A stretch of 64,000 nucleotides of DNA from Callorhinchus milii (GCF_018977255.1 NW_024704743.1:83082001-83146000), one strand, 5' to 3'. Positions 1 through 13,260 are shown, numbered from the stretch's first letter. Made by a program: numbers and translations. The notes: a model not told the origin generated them from the sequence alone.

Positions 1-802
1 TAGTATCATGCAATATCATTGAATTATCCCTGTTCTTGTGCTGCAGCAGAGTTCAGCATTACTGTGCTTACGAGTGACGTGGTGCTGTGTGTTACACAGT
101 GATTGTAAAGTCATTGCAACATTGACAACGAGATGATATTCTGTGCAAAATTTACATATCTCGTGTTGAGCATCACAATTTGCTTGTTTCACTCTGCTTC
201 CAGTCGTGTGCCAGGTTAATGATTTGACTGAAACAGTACAAGTTTCTTTTGCAGAGGAATATGGAGGTGTAGATGTGTTTGAACAGAACTGATCATGACA
301 TTTAGTACATATCATTAATATTAAGTAGAAATAAGAAGGTCAGCAGACTGGACTTCCTTCCCCCCGCCCCACCCCCCACACATATTCCTTCTTTTCCCCA
401 TTTGCCATCCTGCATCCCTCAGATTTCTGCTGCATTCCCTCCACTGCGCTACCTCCACCTATTATCATATACCAATACAAAATTATTAACATTCTAGTAC
501 CAAATTCTTGTTACAAATCCTGCTTCATTCCCCTTCATTTAAACTCCAATCTCTCACTTTTACACATGTGACCTTTGAAAGGTAATTAATGCAGCTCATA
601 GCCACAAAAAGTCAGGAGATTTTTAATACCAGAGCTCCTACGCAACAAGCAATTTTCAGGTAAAATAATGTCAGTATAACCCACATGTGTACAAAACTTG
701 TACTGAATAATACTTTTTTAATTCTGGCTCCTGCCTCTGACCCTGATATCACTGAGTCTCAAGTCCCAGCTATTTGTGTTTATTTGTATAACCCACACCA
801 AA

Positions 803-1030
803 GAAATAGAATTTTACAGCCCAGAAGACGACCATTCGGCCCATCGTGCCTGTGCCGACTCTGTGAGAGAGCTTTCCAACTAGTCCCACTCCAGCACTCT
901 TACCCCATAAACCTGCAATTTTTTTTCTTTTCAAGTACCTATCCAGTTCCCTTTTGAAAGCTACCATCGAATCTGCTTCCACCTTCCTTTCAGGCAGTGC
1001 ATTCTCCTAAAAAAAATCATTGTCTCCCCT
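803..1030 (-). mobile_element. CR1 LINE 3' end
   Basis: Minus frame EADSMVAFKRELDRYLKRKKIAG (CR1 ORF2 C-terminus), followed by a gatgggccgaatggtc...attctat tail. Confidence 0.85.
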
Positions 1031-3519
1031 TTGATAATATATTATTAATTATTATTATATCTGATATGGTATAAAATAGGTTTGCATAATGGATCCATAA
1101 TCCACAAGGGTTAACACAGAAATGCAATAAAACCTTTAATAATGTTTTTTCTACAAATACTGCAAATTGTATCAGTTTTTCATTTTACTTAGTTTCAGTT
1201 TTGCCAGAAATTCTTTTGACTCATTCTGCAATTATGACAGAAAGTTGGACCCTCAAACCTGATTCCTTAACCTTTCCTTGGTATTGCCGGGTACTGACAC
1301 TGACACGGAGCAATTTACTATTTCTGATTTATGTATGATAAATATGTCTGAGCTGGCATTTAATCTTTCATAGGACCATTGTAGCTTACAGTGTCAAATC
1401 AGCACATCTGATTGTACGCACAATGAGCCAAAGGGAGATGAAGAGTGCTGAGAACAAAGGTTGCTTGCAAGGTGTGTTGTGCTCGCCTGGAGAAACAATG
1501 AGAAGCATATTACTGTGGTTTCATTCACTGATAGGAGGCAGCGGCTTGGGGACTGGGAATGTAATTCAACTGCAAGTTTCCCCATTACTTTTCACTGTAA
1601 CATTAGCCTGTAATTTAAGATAGAACACAGCTCACTCAAACAGCCTATCCTTGTTTCATCTTGTTGAAGAGAGCACAATCCTTTCTAAGATCTTCAGAGA
1701 TGATATCATTTTATATATTTTTTATATATATAAAAAGAGCAAGCTCACATGGCAGTTCTGCTTTTCAGAAGCAGTTTCTAATCCGAGATTGGTGATTCAT
1801 TATTAGCGTCAGTAAGCAATCCATCTGACATGTAAGGGGAAAAAATTAGCAGCTGTCACACCGTGATGAGTTAATTTCCTGACAGGCCTGACACTGAAAA
1901 GCCATTTGGAGACATGGAGATGGCTGATGAAAATCTAGTGCTGGTTTATAAGTGGGGAGGAAGAAAGGGCACACAAAATGGGAGGAGGAAGGAACTATAG
2001 CTAATCTACAAGTGTTGTGTACTCCTATATGCATCTGTTCATCTCTAAATATATGGTATGTTATATATTGATTATTGGTCAAAACATAGTGCGATTGCCT
2101 AATAACATTTAAAGAGGGAACAACTGTTCAAGATGGTGGCTTTTTAAAACATCAAAGAGATACAATATAATATTTTACTGTGCTGCTCTGGTACAATGAA
2201 CCTTCAGGCCTATTAAAATCCATAGCATCACTTGCATTAAGAACAATCCTACATTCCGCACCTATCTAGCGGATGCCGGATTAGCTATTTTTAGTCAGAA
2301 CCTATTAAATACTACCCTGTGGCAAGAATGCTTTTGATATTATTTGTGTTGGAGAAATTTGCATTTGCATCTCATGCATGTTATCATTTAAGGGAAATAG
2401 TAAATAAAGGCGCAAAGCTACATTGCCCAAGTAATTACGCAGTAGGTCACCTCTTGGGATCTGACACAAGGTTTTATAAATTTAAGGTAAAACAAATGCA
2501 GCTATTCAAACAAACAGCATACCTGAGTGGTGGCTGCTTATGAATAAAACAATTCCACGCTTTTTTATATATGGGTTTAAAAGCATATGTTTTACAAGGC
2601 TTTGTGAAAATGCAGTTTCATTTAAATGAATGTTAGCACAATAGAATCAAACAGGCAAACATGACCTATTGGGAAAGCTGTAAAGAATGGATGGTCCAAA
2701 ATGTTTTAGCCTTTTATTCCTCTTCCCCGCAATGTTTCTTCTGATGTTGTTCCTGCCTAAAAAGAGGAGCTGTTTTGTTTATGTACCTGTGGGTCTTTAA
2801 ATGTCCAAGAAACCTGATTCTGATTATTTCCAGCTCTTGGTGTCTGTCATCTAGTTTATTCAGGTGTACTATCAGGAGGATTTATTGACGGATATGGATG
2901 GTCAGATTTGGCAACCTACTTCCCAATGGCAGAGCACACAAAAAGACCAGCTTGTAGAAACAAAGCCTCTGCAGGACAATTTACAGCCTCATCTATCCTT
3001 GCCAATGAGCATCTTAATCTTCGCCACAGGAAAATATGGTGCTTTCCGTAACTTCTTGCTTCTTTCACTTGAGATGTACATAGAGAGGTGGCTTTATATA
3101 TAACTAGAACAAACAAGTTTAGCCAGTCTGGACAACGCTTATCAAACAAGGTGCAATGCTATGTCTTCTGCGGCAAATCCCACCAGGCAAGGTTCAGCTC
3201 GTTCCATAGTTGTGGTATCTGAAAGCTACTCTTAAGACAGCTACTTGTCTCAGAGCAGAATAAGTGTATTTACTAAACCTTGTTGTCTTGACCTGAGTTC
3301 CCAGAATGGTAAGTACAAGGCTACAATGTTCCTTCCATATTGGCCCCATAATTTAATTTCTCAGAATCCCACTGCATTATTTTAGTATATGCTATTTTAA
3401 TATATGCAAGAAGCTTTTGAACATATTTGGAAGAATTTTGGATTTACCCTTATCTAGATAAAATCACAGCACAGGGAGGATTGTACATGAAGGACATCAA
3501 ATTCATAGTGATTTAGAGC

Positions 3520-4935
3520 TATGGGCGGACGCACTTTTTCCAGGGAATCTGCCACAAACATACAACCCCACCCCGCCTCCCTACAACCAGCCCCACCTCC
3601 CTACAACCACACCCCCCACAACCCCCCCTTGCTCCCTACAAACCCCTTCCTCCCCACAATCCCCCCTACAACCTTCCTCCCTACAAACCCCCCATTTCCC
3701 TACAACACCCCCACCCCCCTACAAACACCTCCCCCTCCCTACAGTGTGTATGATTATCTGTGTGTTTGTGTGTCAGAGTGTGAGTGTATATGATTGACTG
3801 TGTTTGTGTCTGATTGTGTATGATTGTCTGTGTGTGAGTGTGTATGATTGTGTGTGAGAGTGTATGATTGTCTGTGTGTGTGTGTGTGTGTATGATTGTG
3901 CGTGTGTATGATTGTCTGTGGGTTTGTGTATGGGTGTGTATGATTGTCTGTGTGTATGTCTCTCTATATGCATTTGTGAGTGTCTGCGTGTGTGAGTGTC
4001 TCTGTTTGTGAGTGTCTCTGTGAGTATGCCTGTATCTCCCTCTCCTCTGTGTGTTTGCAGGTGTGCCTGTGTGTCATCATCCACCACACAGAGGATACAG
4101 TTCAAGATCTTGGTCCTCGCCTTCAAAGCCCTCCATGGTCTTGCTCCCCCCCTACCTCTGCAACCTCCTAACCCCCTACCATCCTGCTCGCTCCCTCTGT
4201 TCAGCGAGCTCCAGCCTGCTTCACATCCCCCGCCTCGCTCACCCCACTATTGGGGGGGCGGGCCTTCCGCCACTCTGCCCCCACTCTCTGGAACTCCACC
4301 CCGCAGTCCCTCCGCCTCGCCCCTTCCATTGCCTCCTTCAAAACCCATCTCAAGACCCTCCTCTTCGACCGTGCTTTCGATCTCCCTGCCCTCCACCCTC
4401 CCCGACCTTGACCCCCAGTTCGAGTCCGAAACTCTGTCCAGGGCCTTAGGATGTCCTCCCGACGTGAAGGGCGCTATACAAATGTAATTTTGTTCTTGTG
4501 GTCGCCCTCCGTGTTTCTGAGTGTGTGTCTCTCTGTGTATGTGTGTGTGTCTCTCTCTCTGTCTCTCAGTGGGTGTGTCTCGCTCTGTGAGCGTGTGCGT
4601 CTCTCTGTGTCCGTGAGTGTGTGTGTCCCTGTGTCTGTGAGTGTGTGTGTCTCTGTGTGTGTCTCTATGTCTGTGAGTGTGTGTGTGTCTCTCTGTGTCT
4701 TGAGTGTGTGTGTATCTCTGTGAGTGTGAGTATGTGTGTCTCTGTCTGTGTATATGTGTCTCTCTCTGTATATGTGTGTCTCTGAGTGTGTGTCTCTCTC
4801 TGTGAGTGTGTGTTTCTCTGTGTCTGTGAATGTATGTATCTCTGAGTGTGTGTGTCTTTTTCTCTGGGTCTGTGTGCGGTACAGTGCTGGACCCTGAGAG
4901 TAGCCTCGCTGGTGTCCGTCTCCCTCACCCAAGTA
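3520..4935. repeat. Composite low-complexity element: C-rich CCCTACAA array, then TG/TC-rich arrays, interrupted by an L2
   Basis: CCCTACAA units at ~3560-3742, GTGTATGATTGTCT-like units at ~3743-4075 and TG/TC-rich sequence at ~4510-4880. Confidence 0.75.
4076..4497 (+). mobile_element. L2 LINE 3' fragment
   Basis: RIQFKILVLAFKALHGLAPP motif; tail gtgaagggcgctatacaaatgtaa(ttg)n. Confidence 0.9.
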
Positions 4936-5409
4936 AAAAAGGCCACTCAGTTTTTCTTAAAGAACCAGTTCATATTTTTTTTGCAACAATCTAATATGTG
5001 TTATTTACTCATTTTTCGTTTTTATCAATAAAGTGAAACAATGTAGGTTGGCAGTGAAATGTACCTCAATGACACCAATCAACTCCCCACAATTTTCTGC
5101 AAAATTTGCAAATCTCCCCACAAGTTTGGGCAACTTTTCTGTTGGCCCAGGTTATGGGTTCAAGTTCTACTTTGGGCACTTGGCTCATCGTCTCAGCTCA
5201 TCGTCTCACTCCATTGCAATTCTGGGAGAAAACTGTCAGTGGCGTGGTCCTTTGAATGACGTGTTAAAGTACTATATCAAAACAGTGTGAAGCAGCAATA
5301 AACAAGGCAAACCAAATACTAAATCAGTTTAGCTTAGATCCTCAGACATCATTCTCTGGTCAGACCACACCTTTAATACCGTACAGTTCTGTTAATCACA
5401 CACCAGGGC

Positions 5410-6272
5410 ACTGCCCAGGCCCTAGAGGCGGTGCAGAGATCAACAAGGATAATTGCCAGTGTTAGAGAAATGAGCTATGAACAAGGATTAGACAAGCTGA
5501 GGCTCTTCACTCTTGAGAGAAACTGATTCACAGGGGACCTTATGGAGATGTATGGAATTTTAAATGGGATTGAAAAGCTAAACCCAGAACAATACTTTCA
5601 GTGGCACCAAGAAAATAGAACAAGAGGACACAGGTTCAGAGTTCCAATAACAACAACAAGATTACTCTTGTGTAGCATCTTTCATGTTGGGAGGACGTCC
5701 CAAGGCACTGGACAGACAGAGTTACATGCAAGAGCTGGGGGTCAGGGTGGGAAAAGGTAGAGGACCGGGAGAAAGCAGGGAGATCAAAAGCACATTTGAA
5801 GAGGAGGGTCTTGAGATGGGTTTTGAAGGTAGTGAGGGAGGGGGTGAAGCGGACGGACTGCGGATGGAGTTCCAGAGGGTGGGGGCAGAGTGACGGAAGG
5901 CCCGCCCGCCAATAGTGAGGCAAGCGAGGCGGGGAACATGAAGCAGGCCGGAGCCCGCTGAGCGGAGGGATTGAGCAGGATGGTAGGGGATTAGGAGGTC
6001 ACAGAGGTAGGGGGGGAGCAAGACCGTGGAGAGCTCTGTGTGATGCGAAGCAAGGGGCAATTTCAGGACAGATACCAGGAAGTTTTTCTTCATCCAGAGG
6101 GAAATTAACAAGTGAAACAGGTTGCCAGGAAAGGTGGTAGAAGACAGGTCATTGGACTCAATTTAAAAGCAACTTGATGCTGAGATGGGAGGCCGATAGG
6201 GTGGGTATTTCTGGAGGGATAAGATCAGATGGGCAAAAGACCTTCAACGAAACTAATATTGTGATCTTGTGA
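5410..6272 (+). mobile_element. CR1 LINE 3' fragment split by an antisense L2
   Basis: Degenerate LEAVQR...LDKLRLFTLER...RTRGHRF before 5645; ttcaggacagataccaggaagtttttcttc...tgtgatcttgtga resumes after ~6040. Confidence 0.8.
5645..6035 (-). mobile_element. L2 LINE 3' fragment nested in CR1
   Basis: Minus frame PPYLCDLLIPYHPAQSLRSAGSGLLHVPR...GGRAFRHSAPTLWNS; (caa)n tail at the left. Confidence 0.9.
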
Positions 6273-7764
6273 TAGCTGTTTGTGGGACTTTGCTATGTGG
6301 AAAATGGCTGCTGCATTTGCCTACAAGTACAGAGTTAATGCAGTCAATTCAGTGCTCTGAGAAATGCATTGATACCCTTCAACAATCCTCTGTGAAACAC
6401 ATTGAGACCTTTCAACAATAACACTTGCATTTATACAGCGCCCTTCACATGAGGTAGCGTCTTGAAGCGCTTGACAATAGTGGAGCTTGATGCGGTGCTG
6501 GGGAGGTGGGGGAGTTGACTGTAGGCCCGGTCCTCAGGTGTGAGCTGAAGATGGGCAAGGCGGAAGGATTGAGGCAAAGAGTACCAAACATTACGAGTCC
6601 TACATCAAATGCAAGGATAATTTTTTATTTTGCGAAATTTGTACAGGGCCAAATGTGAAGCAGCCATCTACCACTGATAAGTGAAATAATGTTATCACAC
6701 ATTTGCTACCAACTGCAGTCTGTCACTAGTGGTAAAATAACACTTACAGTAATTACTGCTGCACTATATTTTCACTGTATTAAACATTGATTTATAGAAT
6801 GAACCAAGTTCTATAAAATACCAGTTGGAGCAAACTATCAGGTGTGGATTAGATTTGAATAAGCCAGCGTCTTAACTTCTGGTATTCTTTGAATGCTAAA
6901 ATTGTATTGTCTAAATCAATGTTGGTGCCCATACAGCAGTGTTGAGCACTTTAAAACATCCTCCCAATGTGAAAGGCGCCATAAAAATGTATTGTAAATA
7001 GTAAGTACAGTTTAAATACCCACCATCTTATACTGATGCTTGCTCGCAGATTTCATGAGATTCTTCCCAAAATATGAATCTGCTGTGAGATTTTCTGTGC
7101 AGCTCTTATTGTTCTTCACTATTATATGATGCACCATGGTTACTTTAATTAGTGGTTGATGTTTTTTTTCTAAATTACAATTCTGGTTTCATTATTTGAT
7201 GCAGTTGAATTAAAAGGGCAATTACAATTTTAAAATAATTTGATGTTTCACACTGCACACGTTGTAACAAATTAATTGGCCAAATGCAAATCATCATTTA
7301 CATGCATGTCTTTTACATGCAGTTGGAACCCAAAGGATAAAAGATCACTGTATGTAACAGAGCACTCCAGAAATCAAAGGTGCTGAACATAGTGGACTCT
7401 CAGAACACAGTCCTTTTGTTTTTTGAATCCTCATTTTTGAAATGAAGAAAAACAACTAAAGTAGTTAAAAAAAGGTTCTCTTTTAACACTTAAATCACAA
7501 TAATTTGTTTCAAGAATGGAATGACATCCTCCTCAATTGCTGTGTTAAGCTCCTTTGGATGTTGGATCTATAACCCTGGTGTTATCCTCTTCCCTCAAGT
7601 ATCAGAATTCATCTTTCTCTTTGGTTGTTGGAATTATAAATTATAGCTTCACGATTAGCATTATTCCAGGAGCAATTTTTGTTGAAGACTTTGAACTCTT
7701 CTTTGATATAAAAAAGCTTACACTAATACAGTTGCAAGGAGATAATGAATGCACCTGTGAGCTA

Positions 7765-8917
7765 TGGCATGTTGTTTCGAGTCCTACCTTGTAAACCGCC
7801 AGTACTACATTTCTGCAAATGACTTTTCTTCTCGCTTCCACCTGGTCACCTGCAGGGTACCCCAACAATCCATCCTTGGCCCCCTTCTCTTCCTCATCTA
7901 TATTATTATTATATTATATATATTATATATGTTATATTATCTATATGCTCCCTTTTGATGATGTCATCCACAGACACAGGGTTAACTTCCACTTGTATGT
8001 GGATGACACTGAACTTTACTTTTCCACCTCCAGCTGTGATCCTCCAGTCCCCTGATGTTCTGTCAGCTTGTCTGTTGGACATCAAGTGCTGGATGAGCAC
8101 ACATTTCTTGCAGTTAAATGTCAATAAGACAGAAGCCATACTCTTTGCTCCCATCGACGTCTTCTGTCCCACAGTTCCAACCTCCTCAACCTACCCGACC
8201 TGTCCTTAAAACTTAAGTTAGGTTCGATCTCCTGTTATCTTTCCTCCCCCACATCTGGTCCCTGAAGAGCACCGGTTTCTTCTACCTCCACCACGTTGCC
8301 CGTATCCGACAATACCTCACCCCAAAAGCTGCCGAAACCCTTGTCCATGCTTTTGTCACCTCTCGGCTGAACTACTCTAACACCCTCTTCGCTGGTCTCC
8401 CCTCCTCCACTATTCACAAAATCCAGCTCATTCAAAACTCTGCCGCCCACATTCTCACCCACACCAAACTTTGTACCCCGATTACTCCAGTCCTTACCAA
8501 ATTCCATTGGCTCCCTGTCACTGAGCAGATCGACTTCAAGATCCTCACTCTAGCGTTTAAATCCCTCCATTCCTTGGCACCCCATCTCTCCAACCTCCTC
8601 TCTCCCCATAGCAATACCCGTTGCCTCCACTCTACTGTGTCCGGCCTCCTCCGTGTCCCTCGAATCTTCCGCTCCACCATCAGCGGCCGTGCCTTCAGCA
8701 ACTATGCCTCGAAACTTTGAAACTCCCTCCCTCAACCCCTCGCCTCACCCCCTCCTTCCCCATCTTTGGTTCGTGGCTGAAGACCTTCCTCTTCGACCAT
8801 GCCTACGGTCACCTTCTCCCTCCCCCTGTCTCGGCCTCGGGCTCCGCCATTGTTAAGCGCTCTGAGACCCCACCTGGTGTGGAGAGCACTATATAAATGC
8901 AAGTTGTTGTTATTGTT
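7765..8917 (+). mobile_element. L2 LINE, decayed reverse transcriptase plus 3' end
   Basis: SYLVNRQYYIS...VPQQSILGPLLFLIY, FHLYVDDTELYFS and WMSTHFLQLNVNKTEAILF, with frameshifts; tail actatataaatgcaag(ttg)n. TA-rich expansion at ~7900-7945. Confidence 0.93.
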
Positions 8918-9620
8918 TAATGTGACCTTGACTTCCATATCAAATGTTTTGCACTACATGAGCGGATTATATAATTCCTGATCGTATCAGCTAGTTGTCT
9001 GAGACGTGAAAACCCATCACCACGCTTAAGAATATCCAACCAGACTGATAGTTCCACATATATATCCCACTCACACATGGCAATTTCCCTGTGTCTGGAA
9101 TAGTCATGAGGTAATCTAATTTATTAGAATCTGCAGACTCACCTCACTCATGATGTGAAATAGCCATTTTAGTTGACGAGTCACTACTGTGTCTTTGACT
9201 GTCCTTCGCATACCTTTACTATGAGCCATCTTTAAATGTACGTTCATTTGATTTTATATTCAATAGTAACATTGGTATCTTTTGTTTAATGTTGGATTGG
9301 TTTAGCCCAGCCATTGTGATGCCAAGAATTGGCTGGAATTTGGAACAAGGTTCCAAGAATTTTATAATTTTTTTATAATACATTACCAGGGATAAGGAGC
9401 TTCAGTTAAAAAGAGAGCCTTGGGAAGTTAGAGCTTATATCACTAGAGCTGTGAATGTTAAAGAGGTAGGGGATCTGACAATGGTCATGAAGATTATAAA
9501 GGAGTAAATAGTAATTAAAATGGGGTAAATAGTAATAGATGATTTCATTTGTTCAGCAAGTCAGCAATGGGAGGGTAGAAATTTAACAACAACAACTTGC
9601 ATTCATATAACGCCCCTCAC

Positions 9621-9930
9621 GGACTCCTGTAGCTTAGTGGTTAGAATACTTGCCTCTCAAGTTGGAGGACCTGCGTTTGATTTCCGACCAGCACGAAACA
9701 TTGGCAAGTTTCCTTACTCCACACGCTTCTGTTTACCTAACAGTAAAAATAAATTGGTCACTCAATCCATGACTCTTTGTGGGACACTGCTGTGCGCAAT
9801 TGGCTGCCGAGTTTTGCCCACAAAATACACAGTCAATTCACTTTACAGTATATTCTGCGAAGGACTTTGAGACATCTTGAATATGTGATAAGGCCCTATA
9901 TCAAATGTAAATGCAAGGATTATTCTTCTT
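9621..9930 (+). mobile_element. Young tRNA-headed SINE (family A)
   Basis: ggactcctgtagcttagtggttagaa head, shared body tttgtgggacactgctgtgcgcaattggctgcc, tail atgcaaggattatt. Confidence 0.85.
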
Positions 9931-10424
9931 CACATCACATCTGAAGACAGTCCTCTTTGACCCTTCTCCTCGGCTCGACATCAATCTCTGTCACGTAGAT
10001 TCCAACATGCTACCTCCATGAAGGGCGCTATATAAATGTAAGTTGTTGTTGTCATAGAAGCCTTGAAAAAGAATATGAAATATTGGAAGCAAGGAGGAGA
10101 GTAAGATTATACTGAATGGCTCAAGTGGAGATGAAGGCTGACTTATAATGTATAGCCAACATTCTTGTATCTTTGGATTTAGATATATCATGCACTTTAG
10201 CATTGTATATTGTAAGCCATACCAAATGTGAAGGAGCTCAATAACAGTTGTTGAGAAATAAATTAGCATACTTTCATCTAATTTTACATTGGATAGCTTA
10301 ACTCACCACAGGTGGAACATTTCGATATAGAAATAAGCACCATGCCCTAATTGTAGCTCAAGGGGAAATATCCAGTGTTTGCTCATATTTCGAGCTAAAG
10401 TGCCTTATGATCTGGGACAATAGA

Positions 10425-11060
10425 AAAGTGTGGCCACAATTTTTCTGCTGAATCCACGACACATGCCCCCCCCACCAAACCCCTGTTATGAACACACACC
10501 CCCCCTTCACTCTGGTACAAATGCCCCTCTGCTGCACCTCCCTCCGCTACACCCCACCTCCTCTACACACACACTCTTCCACTAGACACACCACCTCCAG
10601 TACACACACGCCCCTCCACTACACACACCTCTCTAGTACACACACCCCCCCACGACTACACACACACCCCTCCACTACACACACCGTCCTCTAAACGCAC
10701 CCCGCCCACCCCCCTCCTCCATCCACTACACACACACCCTCCACTACAAATCTGTATAAACACAGTGTGCTCAGGGTCCCAGGCCTCTGCACGCTGCTGC
10801 TGGTTGTTTGCTCGACACCGCTACTGTTGGCGGAGTGGCTCCGGATACACATGCGCAGTGCGGTGCAAGCGGGAAATGGGCTTCGCTCACCCCAAGACAC
10901 TGCTATTGACATTGTCTGTGTGTCTCTCTCCTCTGTGTGTGTGTATGTGTGTCTGTGAGTGTATGTGTGTATCTGTGAGTGTGTGCGTATGTGTCTCTCT
11001 CGCTGTGCAGCAGCAGGCCCTGAGAGGCAGAAGCTGGTGACCTCCTTGAGCGCTGCAGTC
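10425..11060. repeat. Second composite C-rich/TG-rich element with a CpG-rich core
   Basis: CCACTACACACAC units at ~10490-10750, unique core at 10760-10910 and TG-rich sequence at 10912-11000. The end motif resembles 4870-4920. Confidence 0.65.
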
Positions 11061-11062
11061 AG

Positions 11063-11420
11063 GACAACAACAACTTGTAAATAAATCACCCCAGAGAGCT
11101 TGGAATCCGACCCCGAGCCAGGGGGAGAGGGAGGGGGAGGTGACCATAAGTACAATCAAAAAGGAAGGTCTTTAGGCGGGATTTGAAAGTGGGGAGGGAT
11201 GGGGCAAGGCGGAGGGACTGAGGGAGAGATTTCAGAGTCTCGGGGCGTAGTGGCTGAAGGCATGGCCACCGATGGTGGAATGAGGGACAAATTAGAGGCT
11301 GGAGCCAGCCGAGCGGAGGCAGCGGGTTGGGGAGTGGGGGGGTAAGCAAATTGCGTAGGTAGGGAGGTGTGAGGGAATGAAGAGATTTGAAAGTGAGTGA
11401 GAGGATCTTGAAATCGAGGG
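11063..11420 (-). mobile_element. L2 LINE 3' fragment
   Basis: Minus frame SLPQSLRLAPSLPTFKSRLKTFLFDCTYGHL; (aca)n tail. Confidence 0.88.
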
Positions 11421-11749
11421 CAGGACATTGGCCTTCAAATATCGTGCAGGGTGGAAACAGACCGGATTCCTTGCTTCAACATTCTATCTATCTAAAAACA
11501 CTGATATGGACTGGTTGGCATTATGGTGCTGTAATTAGTCTATTCGTCTACATTAGTCTGTACAATTCTAGGTAATATTGTGGAAGATTCTTGAGAGGAT
11601 TATCACTGGAAGAGTTAGGGGAGGTTGAAAGAAACATTTGTTGGAATATGGAACACTTTGCAGCTATTGAGGCCAATTAACATTTAGAAGGAATTGGATA
11701 AACATTTTAAGAACACCAATATAAAAGACTACGGAAAGACAACTTTTAG

Positions 11750-13260
11750 ATAGTGTCAAGGGACCTTCTATGTGCACCTAAACTGACAGAAGGGACCAAA
11801 ATTTAACTTCTTGTGTGGAGGACAGCACCTTCAACATTATAGCACTACCTCAGTACTACACTGCTGTGTCAGCCTATCTTTTTATCAAGCACATAAAAGG
11901 AACTAAAGTCTCTTAATGAGTATTACATTTTGTATCTGTCTTAACATTGTTGCATGCATAGATGTAGAAAGGCTTTTTTTACAAATGAGTTTACTTACTT
12001 GCTGGCATTGTTTTCCACCAACATGGCAGATGGTGAATAAAGCCTGACATTGGACAACCTGGTAGAAAAGAACGAAGAAGTCAAAAAAGATACAACTTCC
12101 CTTTTATAATGTCTTATCACGTTACAATGTTTCATAAAGCATAAAGACATTTTTGTTGGCAACCACAGCAGAACATTTGAGCAAGAAAGGACCTACAACA
12201 GCTATGAGGTGAATGATAAAATAATCTGGAGGATTGTTGCCAGGATACCAAGGGGGAAACGTCTTTCTATTTTCAGATAGTGTCAGGGGACCTTAAGATC
12301 CACCTAAACTGACAGAAGGGACCTCAGTTTAACATCTCAAGTGAAGGACAGCACCTACGACATTATAGCGCGCCCTCAGTACAGTACTGCCGTGTCAGCT
12401 TAAACTGTAAACATAACCCGCAGTCTTCTGATCCAGAAACAAGAACGCAACCAACTGAGCCAAGCTTACTGCTTCAATGGGAGTGTCATTTGATTCTTTG
12501 TGGTTTAGTACCAAAGTGTATTGTATAACTACAGTATTTCCCTTTCATATCAGAGGGACATCTCAAAGTGCTTCACAGGATATACTGTAACGTGCAGTCA
12601 CTATGTTTTGTGGGCGAACCAAACAGCTACTTTGCATGTAGAAATACCTCACAAACAGCCATGAAGTGAAAGACCAATTTTATTTGGGGGATTGTTGGCC
12701 AGGACACTGGGAGAAACTCCCTTCTCTTTTCAAATTGTGCCATGGGATCTTTACCAGCAACAACAAATTGCATTTATGTAACGCCTTTCACTTCAGGAGG
12801 ATGTGCACCTTAACAGGCAGACAAGACCTCAGTTTAACATCTCATCTTAAGGAAGCCACCTTACAACATTGCAGAGATTTCTAGCTTTCTGCTACACCGA
12901 GCGAGTACCATATACTGCATTTATACCACCTTTTGGTGATTTGGGCAGATATTCTACAGTGAATCTGTTGTATCAATAGGGGCTAAAATAACATGAATCA
13001 TTCTGGAGCCCTTTTAGGAGTTGTGCAGTTTGCAACATGAAGAATAAGATCCCATGGCACTAATCAAAAAGAGAAGGGAGTTTCTCTGTTGTCCTATCCT
13101 GGCGAACAATCCCCCAAATAAAATGAATCGCTCACTCCACGGCTGCGTGTTCATCCACAAAACACAGACACTGCATTTTACAGTAAATCCTGTGAAATGC
13201 TTTGGCATATCCTCGTCCCAATGAAAAAGGCATTATATTTAATGTAAGATTAATATTATT
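11750..13260. mobile_element. Cluster of old SacSINE1/DeuSINE-like copies (family B): ~11750-11880 (-), ~12100-12470 (-), ~12535-12880 (-), ~13030-13260 (+)
   Basis: Recurring Deu-domain-type motifs gatcccatggcact, ggagtttctc..gtcctggccaacaatcccc and ctcagtttaacatctc; tRNA-like head ccaactgagccaagct at ~12450. Confidence 0.75.

Noticed and set aside
3743..3960. Regularly repeated GTGTATGATTGTCT units as a CRISPR-like array
   Set aside because: No unique spacers, eukaryotic context and no cas genes; a simple minisatellite.
3521..5031. Many overlapping ORFs of 60-163 aa
   Set aside because: Translations of CA/TG low-complexity arrays and an L2 fragment.
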